Shown here in pieces: positions 19,442 through 27,868 of a DNA stretch of 64,000 nucleotides (position 1 is its first letter; every line of letters starts with the position of its first letter). Source of the DNA: Dehalococcoidia bacterium (GTDB taxonomy: Bacteria > Chloroflexota > Dehalococcoidia > Bin125); the NCBI GenBank assembly GCA_963663185.1, contig OY760135.1, positions 2,223,611 to 2,287,610 of the forward strand, read 5' to 3'. Made by a program: the position numbers and the translations under genes. Under the pieces are notes generated by a model. The model did not search any database. It was not told the origin of the DNA and saw nothing but the letters and a program-made list of their open reading frames with translations.

Positions 19442-20616
19442 CGGTCGTCTCGCTTCAGGATGTGTCCGGTGGCAAGCGGCGCCGCGCATGCGTACAGGCC
19501 GTACTGCGCGTCGTTCACTTGACGCTCCCCGCACTCTTGTCGCAACTGTCGCACTGCTTCGACGTGCAACGCCCAGCCTTGCATGTACGACTCGCTCGTG
19601 TGACCGCCGCCGGTGTTCAGCGGCAGCTCGCCGTGCAACCCGATCCGTTCCGGCGTGATCCAGTCGGCGCCCTCGCCGGGTTCGCAGAATCCCATACCTT
19701 CGAGCGTGAACAGGATCGTCGGCGTGAAGTTGTCGTAAAGCTGCGCAAACGCGAGGTCCTCACGCTGAGCGTCGGAGACGGCGAAGAGGTCGTCCGCGAT
19801 CTGTGACATCGGCTCCTGCCAGAAGTCGTCCGCCGCATAGACCGGCGTAATGTCCGATGCTTGTGATGTGGCGTGGATCAGGACCGGCGTGTGTTTGAGG
19901 TCGCGGGCGCGCTCCGCCGAGGTCACGATGAAGCAGACGCCGCCGTCATTGATCAGGCAATAGTCAAACAGGCAGAGCGGCTCGGCGATGTAGCGGGCGC
20001 CATGGTAGTCGTCCATCGTGATCGGACGCTGCATGACGGCGTTCGGATTCAGCGCCGCGTTGGCGCGGTTGGAGATGGCGAGATGCGCAAGCGGCTCAGT
20101 GGTCGTGCCGTAGCGATACTGATGGCGACGAAACATCATCGAGGTGACCGCGCCGGGCGATGTCATCCCGTACGGCGCCTCAAACATCGCCTGCGTGGAG
20201 GCGCCGCGATTCTCGCCGCCGTATCTGGCCCCGGCAGAGCGTCCGTTGTTGCCGTAAATGCAGGCGACGACATCGGCCATGCCATTGGCAACGGCTAACG
20301 CGGCGTATTGCAGCGCGATCCCGGATTGTCGACCCTCGCCGGGCAGGACATTGACGAATCGCGGATGTCGCAGCCCAATCATCTCGCACATGCGCCCGTA
20401 GTGCGGCAATCGGGAAACGATCACGCCATCCACATCGGTCCGCCGTAGGCCGGCATCCTTGAGCGCCTCACGGAAGGCGATCAGGCCAAGCTCGTAGGCG
20501 GAGCGTTCCGGGTCAAGATCGCGATAGATGGCGCCAAACTCGGTCGTGCCCACGCCGACGATAGCGGTCCTGTCCTGGAGATTGCGTAGCGCGCTGCGGT
20601 CAGGTTGGTTGCTCAT
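19438..20616 (-). CDS. Thiolase-like protein (SCP-x / lipid-transfer-protein type)
   Basis: TAIVGVGTTEFG...CIYGNNGRS... thiolase-fold condensing-enzyme pattern. Normally paired with DUF35. Confidence 0.85.
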   Translation of the reverse strand: MSNQPDRSALRNLQDRTAIVGVGTTEFGAIYRDLDPERSAYELGLIAFREALKDAGLRRTDVDGVIVSRLPHYGRMCEMIGLRHPRFVNVLPGEGRQSGIALQYAALAVANGMADVVACIYGNNGRSAGARYGGENRGASTQAMFEAPYGMTSPGAVTSMMFRRHQYRYGTTTEPLAHLAISNRANAALNPNAVMQRPITMDDYHGARYIAEPLCLFDYCLINDGGVCFIVTSAERARDLKHTPVLIHATSQASDITPVYAADDFWQEPMSQIADDLFAVSDAQREDLAFAQLYDNFTPTILFTLEGMGFCEPGEGADWITPERIGLHGELPLNTGGGHTSESYMQGWALHVEAVRQLRQECGERQVNDAQYGLYACAAPLATGHILKRDDR

Positions 20617-20636
20617 CGTCTGAGTCTACGGCGTGT

Positions 20637-21377
20637 TCAGCGCCGTGAGCGGCAGGCCGCACATGTGCAAGTTCGATAATCGCCAGAGAGATGAACGAGG
20701 CTGTTCACGGCTCCTCCGTTGCTGCTGAATGCCGAAAGGATCTGGTTGAGTATTGAGTGATCATCATGTTCGTAGGCTCGGTAGAGCCAGTGAGCAGCAA
20801 AGTCAGCGAGTTGCACGAGACGACTCAGCCGGCTGTCGATGAACAGTGGCGGCTCCAGGAGGTGAGTGAACGCCCCGCGAGATGCATGATCGTCTGACAT
20901 CTGACCGGGCCCGGGAGTCACCAGTCCTTGAATGACTGGTTCCAGACGTGTGTTGTCTGCGATCGCGAGGATTCCGGCAGGCTCGCGGCCTGGTTGGATG
21001 CGTTGATCGCAGATCTCGAATAGAGCGCTGTAGGCCTGCTCGTACAGCTCTAGGCCCTGACCGGGAGACCGATCTGTGACCACGGCGACCAGTGTCAGAG
21101 GATGTTCGACGATGTGTGACTGCTCAAGTAGCAGTGAGACCACATCGTCAGTGATCAGATTCCGGACGCTTCGTGGGAATCTGGACCATCGGCGTCTGCC
21201 TGTGCGCATTTGGCCAGCGTGAATCTCTATGTCGGTGGCTTCAGGCAGTCGATCCGCGACGATCCGTTCCACCGAGGTCTTCAGAGGCTCAACGTTCCGC
21301 CAATGGACTATCAGTCCAGCAACGACGAAGTGCATGGCGTCAGTGGACCCTGACTCATCGAGATACAGCAGATGCAT
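20637..21377 (-). CDS. DUF3800 domain protein
   Basis: MHLLYLDESGSTD... is the signature DUF3800 start. C-terminal CTCAAC Cys cluster. Local GC is lower than the flanks. Confidence 0.7.
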   Translation of the reverse strand: MHLLYLDESGSTDAMHFVVAGLIVHWRNVEPLKTSVERIVADRLPEATDIEIHAGQMRTGRRRWSRFPRSVRNLITDDVVSLLLEQSHIVEHPLTLVAVVTDRSPGQGLELYEQAYSALFEICDQRIQPGREPAGILAIADNTRLEPVIQGLVTPGPGQMSDDHASRGAFTHLLEPPLFIDSRLSRLVQLADFAAHWLYRAYEHDDHSILNQILSAFSSNGGAVNSLVHLSGDYRTCTCAACRSRR

Positions 21378-21512
21378 CAGGATCCATTACAAATGGCAGG
21401 ACAGGAGGCGGGCCTGACGGCCTGGCCGCTGCGATGATTGAAGTCAGCGACGCTCGCCCCCCGTCGTTGTCATTCTGCCTGGTTGGTCAATGGCTGTCAA
21501 ACCATGGCTCGA

Positions 21513-22427
21513 TCACGAGAGCCCCAGCACGGGACGCGCGTTGGCGGCCAGGATCAGGTCGAGCTCGTGATCCGTGAGGCCGCTGCGGAGCAGTTGCAAC
21601 ACCTGCGGTCGTTGGTCGGCGCCTGGCGCGTCCGAGCCGAACATGACTCGTTCCACACCGAGCGTCCGAATCAATCGTGCGGCGTCCTCGATCGCGCAGG
21701 CGCGCCGACCGTCGCGACAGCTGAAGTGCCCGTCGTTGAACCCGCCGGCGGTGTCGAAGAGGACTTGCGGGAAGCGCCTGGCGATCTCAATGCGCTGATC
21801 CCAATAAGCGCCTGGCATATGAGCCATGATGAACCGCAGTCTGGGAAAACGTTCGAAGACAGGGATAAAGTGATCGGGCATGCCGTAGATATCGTCGCCG
21901 GGACCGCCGCGTAAGGCGCCGGTGTCGCTGAGGATCGGCAAGCCGAGCTCTTCCAGACGCGCGTAGAGCGGCAGCATCCGCTCGTCGGTGGGGAAGTAAC
22001 GCCCGAGTCCTGGATGCATCTTCACGCCGCGCGCGCCCAAGCCGACGCCGCGTTCCAGCTCGGCCATCAATAGGTCAGGCTCAATCCATGTGCCGATGTC
22101 GCAGCACAGGAACGTGCGAATTCGCGAGTCCGCCTGTTGGCGATCCAGTGTCCAGCTGTTGAAGCTGCGCACGCGATCGTGCAGCAGCGCCATCAGTTCA
22201 GCCTCCGACGCATCCGGCCGACGCCGCCGCTGCTGCTCGAGCATCTCTGGCACGACCATGTAGTTCAGTCCGACGATCGCTTCCACGTCGTTGCGGGTCA
22301 TGTACTCGCCGCAGGCATCGCCGTTGGCCCAACGCCATTCGAGCGGCAGCCCGCGACGCGGGAAGACGACCGCCTCCTGCTCAGCGGTCCGACAGAGGTG
22401 GACGTGTACGTCGATCAGGGTTGGCAT
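21513..22427 (-). CDS. Amidohydrolase-2 family metal-dependent hydrolase (TIM barrel)
   Basis: MPTLIDVHVHL (HxH), a later H, and the D of ...GSDAPG... Confidence 0.75.
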   Translation of the reverse strand: MPTLIDVHVHLCRTAEQEAVVFPRRGLPLEWRWANGDACGEYMTRNDVEAIVGLNYMVVPEMLEQQRRRRPDASEAELMALLHDRVRSFNSWTLDRQQADSRIRTFLCCDIGTWIEPDLLMAELERGVGLGARGVKMHPGLGRYFPTDERMLPLYARLEELGLPILSDTGALRGGPGDDIYGMPDHFIPVFERFPRLRFIMAHMPGAYWDQRIEIARRFPQVLFDTAGGFNDGHFSCRDGRRACAIEDAARLIRTLGVERVMFGSDAPGADQRPQVLQLLRSGLTDHELDLILAANARPVLGLS

Positions 22428-22436
22428 GTGTTGGCC

Positions 22437-24617
22437 TCACGGTGTTCTGCTCTTCGGCAGGCGGGCGGCGAGGAAATCCGCGTAGTGCAACGTGTCGTGC
22501 CGCGACTCGCGCGCAGCGGCGCCCGCGCGAAGATGGATGGCGCAGCCCGGGTTATTCGTCAGCAGCGTCTCGCAGCCTGACTGGGCGACGCAGTCGAGCT
22601 TGCGATCGAGGATGCCCTCACCCACCTCGGGCGCAGCCATTGACGTCAGGCCGCCGAAGCCGCAGCAGACTTCAGGTTCTTCGATCGGCAAGGCCGACTC
22701 GCCAGTCAGTCTCTGCACCAGCAGGTCTATTCGCGCGCCGGCATCGCCACGATTGGATGCCTGGCAGAATCGGTGCGCGCTCCACGATTCGCGCTCGCCG
22801 CCGCTGAGGCTGTCGTCGGGCAGGCGACCATCGCCGTCGAGCCAGGCCGCGAGATCGTGGACGCGACCGCTGACGGCGGCGGTGCGTTCGCGCCACTTCG
22901 GCTCATCGGCGAAGAGCTGCGGCCAATGCTCGCGCATCGCGATCACGCAGCTGGGCGCAGGGGTGACGATCTGGTGGTCGCCCGATTCCAACGCTTCGAT
23001 CGTCTGCCGCGCCATGCGGCGCGCGGTCTGCCAATCGCCTGCGTCAAAGGCGGGGAGCCCGCAGCAATGCTGATCCTGCGGCAGATTGACAGCGGCGCCG
23101 CCAGCCTCAATCAGACGTGCGGACGAGTCGACGACCGAGGGCATGAGCCGGTCGGCCAGGCACTGTGCGAACAGGTCGACGGTTTGCCCCGACGCTGGCG
23201 CTGGCGCGATTACGGATTGCGGCGCGCGACTTCGGACCAGGGTCTGTCCGCTGCGGAGAGGCAGCGTCGGGATTGAGCGCCAGCGTAGTCGTTTGGGCAA
23301 CGGCAGACGCAAGTGATCGCGTCGGACGAGTCCGATCGCGCGGGCGAGCGCGGACGCCCACGCGCCGATTCCAAACAGCGAGTTGAGCAGCCTCGGCCGC
23401 GCCCACAGACGCAGCGCCGCGCGCTCCCAGATCGGCGCGTGCCCCGATTCGTGCGCTCGCTTACGAACCTCAAGGATCTGTTTGGGCAGCGGGATGGCGA
23501 CGGGACATACCGTCTCACAGGCCCCGCAGGAGACGCAGAGTCCCTGCGGGCCGGCCGCGTCTGCAAGCGAGTGGTGGAACGTCGTGTTGACGAGGCCGAT
23601 CGCGCCGGTGTAGATGTGACCAAACGTGTGTCCGCCAACGATCTGGTACGGCGGGCAGACGTTGGCGCAGGCGCCGCAGCGGATGCAGCGCAACGCGTCG
23701 CCGATGACGTCGTGGTCGCGCATCGCTCGACGGCCATTGTCGAGCAGGATGATGTGCATCTCCTTGCCTGGTTGGGCGCCGGTGATGCAGGTGGTGTACG
23801 TACTCAGGGTCTGCGCGGTAGCCGAGCGCGGCAGCAGCTGGAGCTGTCGTTCGGCATCGGCCCAGGTCGGTATCAGCTTCTCGATCCCGGCCGTGATGAA
23901 GTGTACATCGGGCAGCGAGGTCGCGAGCCGCATGTTGCCTTCATTGGTGACGACCATGATGCTCCCGCTTTCGGCGATCAACGCATTGGCGCCAGTCAGC
24001 CCCGCGCCGGCCGCGAGATAGTGCCGCCGCAATCCGCCGCGAGCGCTGGCGACCATGGCCGGGATGTCGTCTGGATCAAAGTCCTCGCCGAGCTCCTTAC
24101 CCAGGATCTCTGCGACGTATTGACGCTTCTGGTGAATCGCGGGCATCACGAGATGTGAAGGGCGTTCCTCGGCGAGCTGCAGCAACCACTCGCCGAGATC
24201 GGTTTCGATTGCGGTGATGTTGCGCTGTTCAAGCTCGTGATTGAGTTCGATTTCCTCCGACACCATCGATTTGCTCTTGACCACCAGATCAATCCCGCGC
24301 GACTTGCAGACGGCGGCGATGTACTGCACCGCGTCGGCGGCCGTCCGCAGCTCAACGACGGTCGCGCCGGCTGCCTCTGCGTTGGCGCGGAACTCGGCGA
24401 GGTAGTCGTCGAGCCGCTCCAGGGTCGCGTCTTTGACAGCGGCGAAATCGTGGCGGAGTTCGTCAAAGGAGCGCTCACGGCGCTGCTCGAGTCGGCGAAC
24501 CTGAGCGTCCCGGCTCTCGCGCCAGGATCGCTGGAATTCAAGCAGTCGCGGACGCAGATCGGGATCGCTGACGGAGCGACGGTAGCGCGTCTTGAACGGC
24601 GCGGTCGATGCGCTCAT
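22437..24617 (-). CDS. lutBA: Fused LutB-LutA lactate-utilisation-type iron-sulfur protein (LUD domain, 2x[4Fe-4S] ferredoxin, two CCG cysteine-rich domains)
   Basis: CIRCGACANVCP...CVSCGACETVCP ferredoxin motifs, then CCGLPAFDAGDW and CCGFGG CCG motifs. Confidence 0.8.
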   Translation of the reverse strand: MSASTAPFKTRYRRSVSDPDLRPRLLEFQRSWRESRDAQVRRLEQRRERSFDELRHDFAAVKDATLERLDDYLAEFRANAEAAGATVVELRTAADAVQYIAAVCKSRGIDLVVKSKSMVSEEIELNHELEQRNITAIETDLGEWLLQLAEERPSHLVMPAIHQKRQYVAEILGKELGEDFDPDDIPAMVASARGGLRRHYLAAGAGLTGANALIAESGSIMVVTNEGNMRLATSLPDVHFITAGIEKLIPTWADAERQLQLLPRSATAQTLSTYTTCITGAQPGKEMHIILLDNGRRAMRDHDVIGDALRCIRCGACANVCPPYQIVGGHTFGHIYTGAIGLVNTTFHHSLADAAGPQGLCVSCGACETVCPVAIPLPKQILEVRKRAHESGHAPIWERAALRLWARPRLLNSLFGIGAWASALARAIGLVRRDHLRLPLPKRLRWRSIPTLPLRSGQTLVRSRAPQSVIAPAPASGQTVDLFAQCLADRLMPSVVDSSARLIEAGGAAVNLPQDQHCCGLPAFDAGDWQTARRMARQTIEALESGDHQIVTPAPSCVIAMREHWPQLFADEPKWRERTAAVSGRVHDLAAWLDGDGRLPDDSLSGGERESWSAHRFCQASNRGDAGARIDLLVQRLTGESALPIEEPEVCCGFGGLTSMAAPEVGEGILDRKLDCVAQSGCETLLTNNPGCAIHLRAGAAARESRHDTLHYADFLAARLPKSRTP

Positions 24618-25120
24618 GCGATCACCGCCACGCTCAGTCGACTCGGACCCTGCACACCGATCGTGAGCGAACGCTCAATGTCCGCCGTGCGCGAGGGACC
24701 CGTTACAAATGTCGCGTAGGCGGCAGCCCGCGGCTGTCTCGCCAGCCAGCGAAACCCGTCCGCGAGGTTGTCGACCAGGTCCGCTCCCCGGACCGCGACG
24801 ATCAGATGCCGCGTGAGCAGCGATACTGCGCGATCGATTGGCGCCGGCTCCACTAACAGCACCGAGCCGGTTTCGGCGACGGCCAGCGTCGCCACCGTGA
24901 TCCCGACCGCGCGGTCGGCGATCGAACGCAGTGGATCGTTGGAATCCGGCAGGATCCCACGCTGGAGTTGCGCATAGGCGGACGGTGAAACCACGGGTTC
25001 GTAATCCGAGAGCGATGCGCCGAATTCCCAGACCTCGCCCCAGGTCGCGAGCTCGACGAACTCGCCCTGCGCGGCAGCGAGCGCGTCGGCGAATTGACTG
25101 ATCTGATCGGTGGTCGCCAT
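24614..25120 (-). CDS. lutC: LutC-like LUD-domain protein
   Basis: ...AETGSVLLVEPAPIDRAVSLLTRHLIVAV... LUD/DUF162 pattern. ATGA overlap with lutBA. Confidence 0.75.
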   Translation of the reverse strand: MATTDQISQFADALAAAQGEFVELATWGEVWEFGASLSDYEPVVSPSAYAQLQRGILPDSNDPLRSIADRAVGITVATLAVAETGSVLLVEPAPIDRAVSLLTRHLIVAVRGADLVDNLADGFRWLARQPRAAAYATFVTGPSRTADIERSLTIGVQGPSRLSVAVIA

Positions 25121-25208
25121 GCGCTCAGGCTAACGTTTGACTGTGAACGCACCCGTCGCGCGCTGAGTCGCTTCCGCTCACCGATGGGAACAGGGAACGG
25201 ACGCCGCG

Positions 25209-26363
25209 ATGATTGAACTCAGCGAAGCCCAGCGTCTGATTCAGCAATCCGTGCGAGACTTCGCGCGCGACCAGATTGATCCGATCGCGGATCAGATTGA
25301 CCGCGAGGATCGATTCCCCGATCATCTCTGGCCGCAGCTTGGCAAGCTGGGATTGCTCGGCGTGACGATTGAGGAACGCTATGGCGGCTCCGACGCGGGC
25401 CTGCTGGCCGGTGTGATCGCGACTGAAGAGATCGCGCGCGCGAGCGCGTCAGTCGCGCTTTCGTACGGAGCGCATGCCAATCTGTGCGCCAACAATATCG
25501 CCGCCAATGCCAACGAGTCGCAGAAGGAACAGTATCTGCCCGGCTTGTGCGATGGCTCCGCAATCGGCGCCCTGGCGCTGACTGAGCCAGAGGCCGGCTC
25601 CGACGCGATGGGCATTCGCACCAGCGCCGTCCGTGACGGCGATGTCTACCGCCTGAATGGTCGCAAGATGTTCATCACCAACGGCTCGGTGGCCGACACG
25701 CTGGTCTTATACGCCAAGACGGATCCAGAAGCTGGTTCGCGCGGCGTGACCGCGTTCATCGTCGAGTCACAGTTTGACGGGTTCAGCGTCGGACAGCATC
25801 TGGACAAGGTGGGACACCGCGGCTCCCCCACCGCCGAGCTGGTGTTGGACGACTGCATCGTGCCGGCGTCGAACGTGTTGCGCGGCGAGGGTCAAGGCGC
25901 TGGCGTGATGATGCAGGGACTCGCCGTTGAGCGATCCTTTCTCGCCGGCGAGCCGCTGGGGATTGCGCAGGCCGCGCTGGATGAGGCGATTGCGTACGCG
26001 CGCGCGCGTCGCCAATTCGGACAGCGCATCGGCGACTTCCAACTCATTCAGGCGATGTTGGCCGACATGTATACCGAGCTCGAGGCGGCGCGCTGGTTGG
26101 TTTACCGCACCGCGCATCAGGTGGAGCAGATGTCCAGCCGAGGCGAGCGCAGCAACAAGGAGGCAGCCGCGGCCATTCTCTACTCAGCCGAGATGTCCAG
26201 TCGCGTCGCCGACAAGGCGGTGCAGATCCACGGCGGCTACGGCTATATGAGCGAGAGTCGGGTGGCGCGCTACGTGCGCGACGCCAAGCTATTGGAAATC
26301 GGCGCCGGCACCTCCGAGATTCGGCGAATGCTAATCGGCAGAGAGCTGATCGGCCCCGAATAG
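25209..26363 (+). CDS. Acyl-CoA dehydrogenase (isovaleryl/short-branched type)
   Basis: ...TEPEAGSDAMGIRT...FITNG...GGYGYMSESRVARYVRDAKLLEIGAGTSEI are canonical ACAD motifs. Confidence 0.9.
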   Translation: MIELSEAQRLIQQSVRDFARDQIDPIADQIDREDRFPDHLWPQLGKLGLLGVTIEERYGGSDAGLLAGVIATEEIARASASVALSYGAHANLCANNIAANANESQKEQYLPGLCDGSAIGALALTEPEAGSDAMGIRTSAVRDGDVYRLNGRKMFITNGSVADTLVLYAKTDPEAGSRGVTAFIVESQFDGFSVGQHLDKVGHRGSPTAELVLDDCIVPASNVLRGEGQGAGVMMQGLAVERSFLAGEPLGIAQAALDEAIAYARARRQFGQRIGDFQLIQAMLADMYTELEAARWLVYRTAHQVEQMSSRGERSNKEAAAAILYSAEMSSRVADKAVQIHGGYGYMSESRVARYVRDAKLLEIGAGTSEIRRMLIGRELIGPE

Positions 26364-26440
26364 CCTCGCTGCATTCCTGTCCTCGAGTGATACCCGCGTG
26401 AAGAGTGGGTCGCGCCGATCAGATCTGCGTCAACTCTGCG

Positions 26441-26899
26441 TCAACGAGGCTCGAACTCGTCCAGGACGCGAAACTCGGTGTAGTTCTCAGGCAGCCCAAC
26501 ATCCAGTGCCGTCTGCCGCATCGCCGTGAGCGCTTCGTTCCAACCAGCGCTCCAGCCATCGCTGAAGCGATCGCCGTAGGCGGAATCGGCCGCCGCGTCG
26601 CCAGCTACGATCTCAGCGCCCAGATATTGCAATTCTCCATACGGAATGCCGTCGACGTAGCCGAGCGGCTCGGCGTCCGCGAAGGCGATTTCGTAGGCTG
26701 CCTGCTCAGCGCGACGGATGTCCTCTGCGGTGAGCAGGTTGAGCGGGTCGAACACCGCGCCGACCAACGCCGCCAAAATCACGCCGAATACGACGGCCAC
26801 CATCGTGTGCCGACCGATCGGGTCGCGCCCGCGCTTCCACCAGACCGTCTCGACCTCGCCGGCGCCCCATCCTGTCAGTCGCGTGCGCTGTTCCGTCAT
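26441..26899 (-). CDS. Small single-pass membrane protein, paralogue A, function unknown
   Basis: N-terminal WWKRGR followed by a TM helix, then TAEDIRRAEQ and a C-terminal GWSAGWNEALTAM. Paralogous to the next gene. Confidence 0.55.
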   Translation of the reverse strand: MTEQRTRLTGWGAGEVETVWWKRGRDPIGRHTMVAVVFGVILAALVGAVFDPLNLLTAEDIRRAEQAAYEIAFADAEPLGYVDGIPYGELQYLGAEIVAGDAAADSAYGDRFSDGWSAGWNEALTAMRQTALDVGLPENYTEFRVLDEFEPR

Positions 26900-26928
26900 G
26901 GTGCTGTCATTGTTCTGTCATGGCGCCG

Positions 26929-27312
26929 TCATCGCTTCAGCGCTTGCCACTCATCAAAGGCGGATGCGACTTCCAGCTTGTCGCGCTTGGCGCGCAGCAA
27001 CGCGATCGTGATCGCCTCATTCCAGGAGAAATCGTAGGCTCGCTGATAGCCGTCCTGCGGGTCCCCCGATTCGAGCAGTTGCTCAATCGCCAGCGCCGCG
27101 CGACCGCCGCCGTCGAGTCGGCCGCGCTCAAAGCCAGCGTCGTATCCGTCGATCCCGCCTTCGCGCGCGCCGCGCACTTCAGACTTTTGGATTTCCTCGA
27201 CGGTGACCTGATCGAGCGCCGAGATCAGCCAACCGATGCCCGCCGTCAGCCCGACCGCCACCATGAAGGCCCACAACGTCTGACGCGGCAGGTCATAGCG
27301 CCACCATCGCAC
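26929..27312 (-). CDS. Small single-pass membrane protein, paralogue B, function unknown
   Basis: MRWWRYD followed by a TM helix, then TVEEIQKSE and a C-terminal FSWNEAITIA. Same architecture as paralogue A. Confidence 0.55.
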   Translation of the reverse strand: MRWWRYDLPRQTLWAFMVAVGLTAGIGWLISALDQVTVEEIQKSEVRGAREGGIDGYDAGFERGRLDGGGRAALAIEQLLESGDPQDGYQRAYDFSWNEAITIALLRAKRDKLEVASAFDEWQALKR

Positions 27313-27481
27313 GATGACGGCTCAGCCGCGGGCGGCGGGCGGGACCCGCATCGGCGCGCCGCAGCGGGTCAGTTCAGGAACAGCTCGTGTCACGGGACTA
27401 CTTCCTCTGCCGACGCCTGCTTCTGCATTCACCCTACTACTGATTATCTGTCCGCCAGAGCAAAGTGTGAGCGGATCGATG

Positions 27482-27513
27482 CCGGTCAGGTCAGAACCCG
27501 GTCAGGTCAGAAC
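27482..27513. repeat. 16-bp perfect tandem duplication (ccggtcaggtcagaac x2) spanning the MoaD stop codon
   Basis: Exact direct repeat. Confidence 0.75.
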
Positions 27514-27801
27514 AATGCCGCCGGCAACTGAGCCGCCAGCTACGGGAGGGAAGATGTCAAGTTCACTGCCTGGACTGACGCGGCTTTGCAGCCCTTCAAT
27601 GTGTCGGATGTCGCGACCGTCAACCATGATCGCGACGAAGCGGCGCACCGCGCCGTCCTCGTCAAAGAGCTGGTCGCGCAGACCGTCGTAATCGTCGGCG
27701 AGGCGCTCTAGGATGGCGCCGATCGTGTCGGGCGGGTCTGGCAGATCGACGCTGCGACCGCCCACGAGCGGTCGCAGCGTCGCGTAGAAGCGGATCTGCA
27801 T
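27502..27801 (-). CDS. moaD: MoaD/ThiS-family sulfur-carrier protein with a 9-aa extension after the first Gly-Gly
   Basis: MQIRFYATLRPLVGG...VDGRDI...ELDIFPPVAGG is a MoaD-like end, but the ORF continues SVAGGIVLT before the stop. Confidence 0.7.
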   Translation of the reverse strand: MQIRFYATLRPLVGGRSVDLPDPPDTIGAILERLADDYDGLRDQLFDEDGAVRRFVAIMVDGRDIRHIEGLQSRVSPGSELDIFPPVAGGSVAGGIVLT

Positions 27802-27868
27802 ACCCTCCTCGGTCACACTATGCGCATCTCTTCCCGCTCAGCGAGGTCAGCGGGGGAGATGTGGTTCG

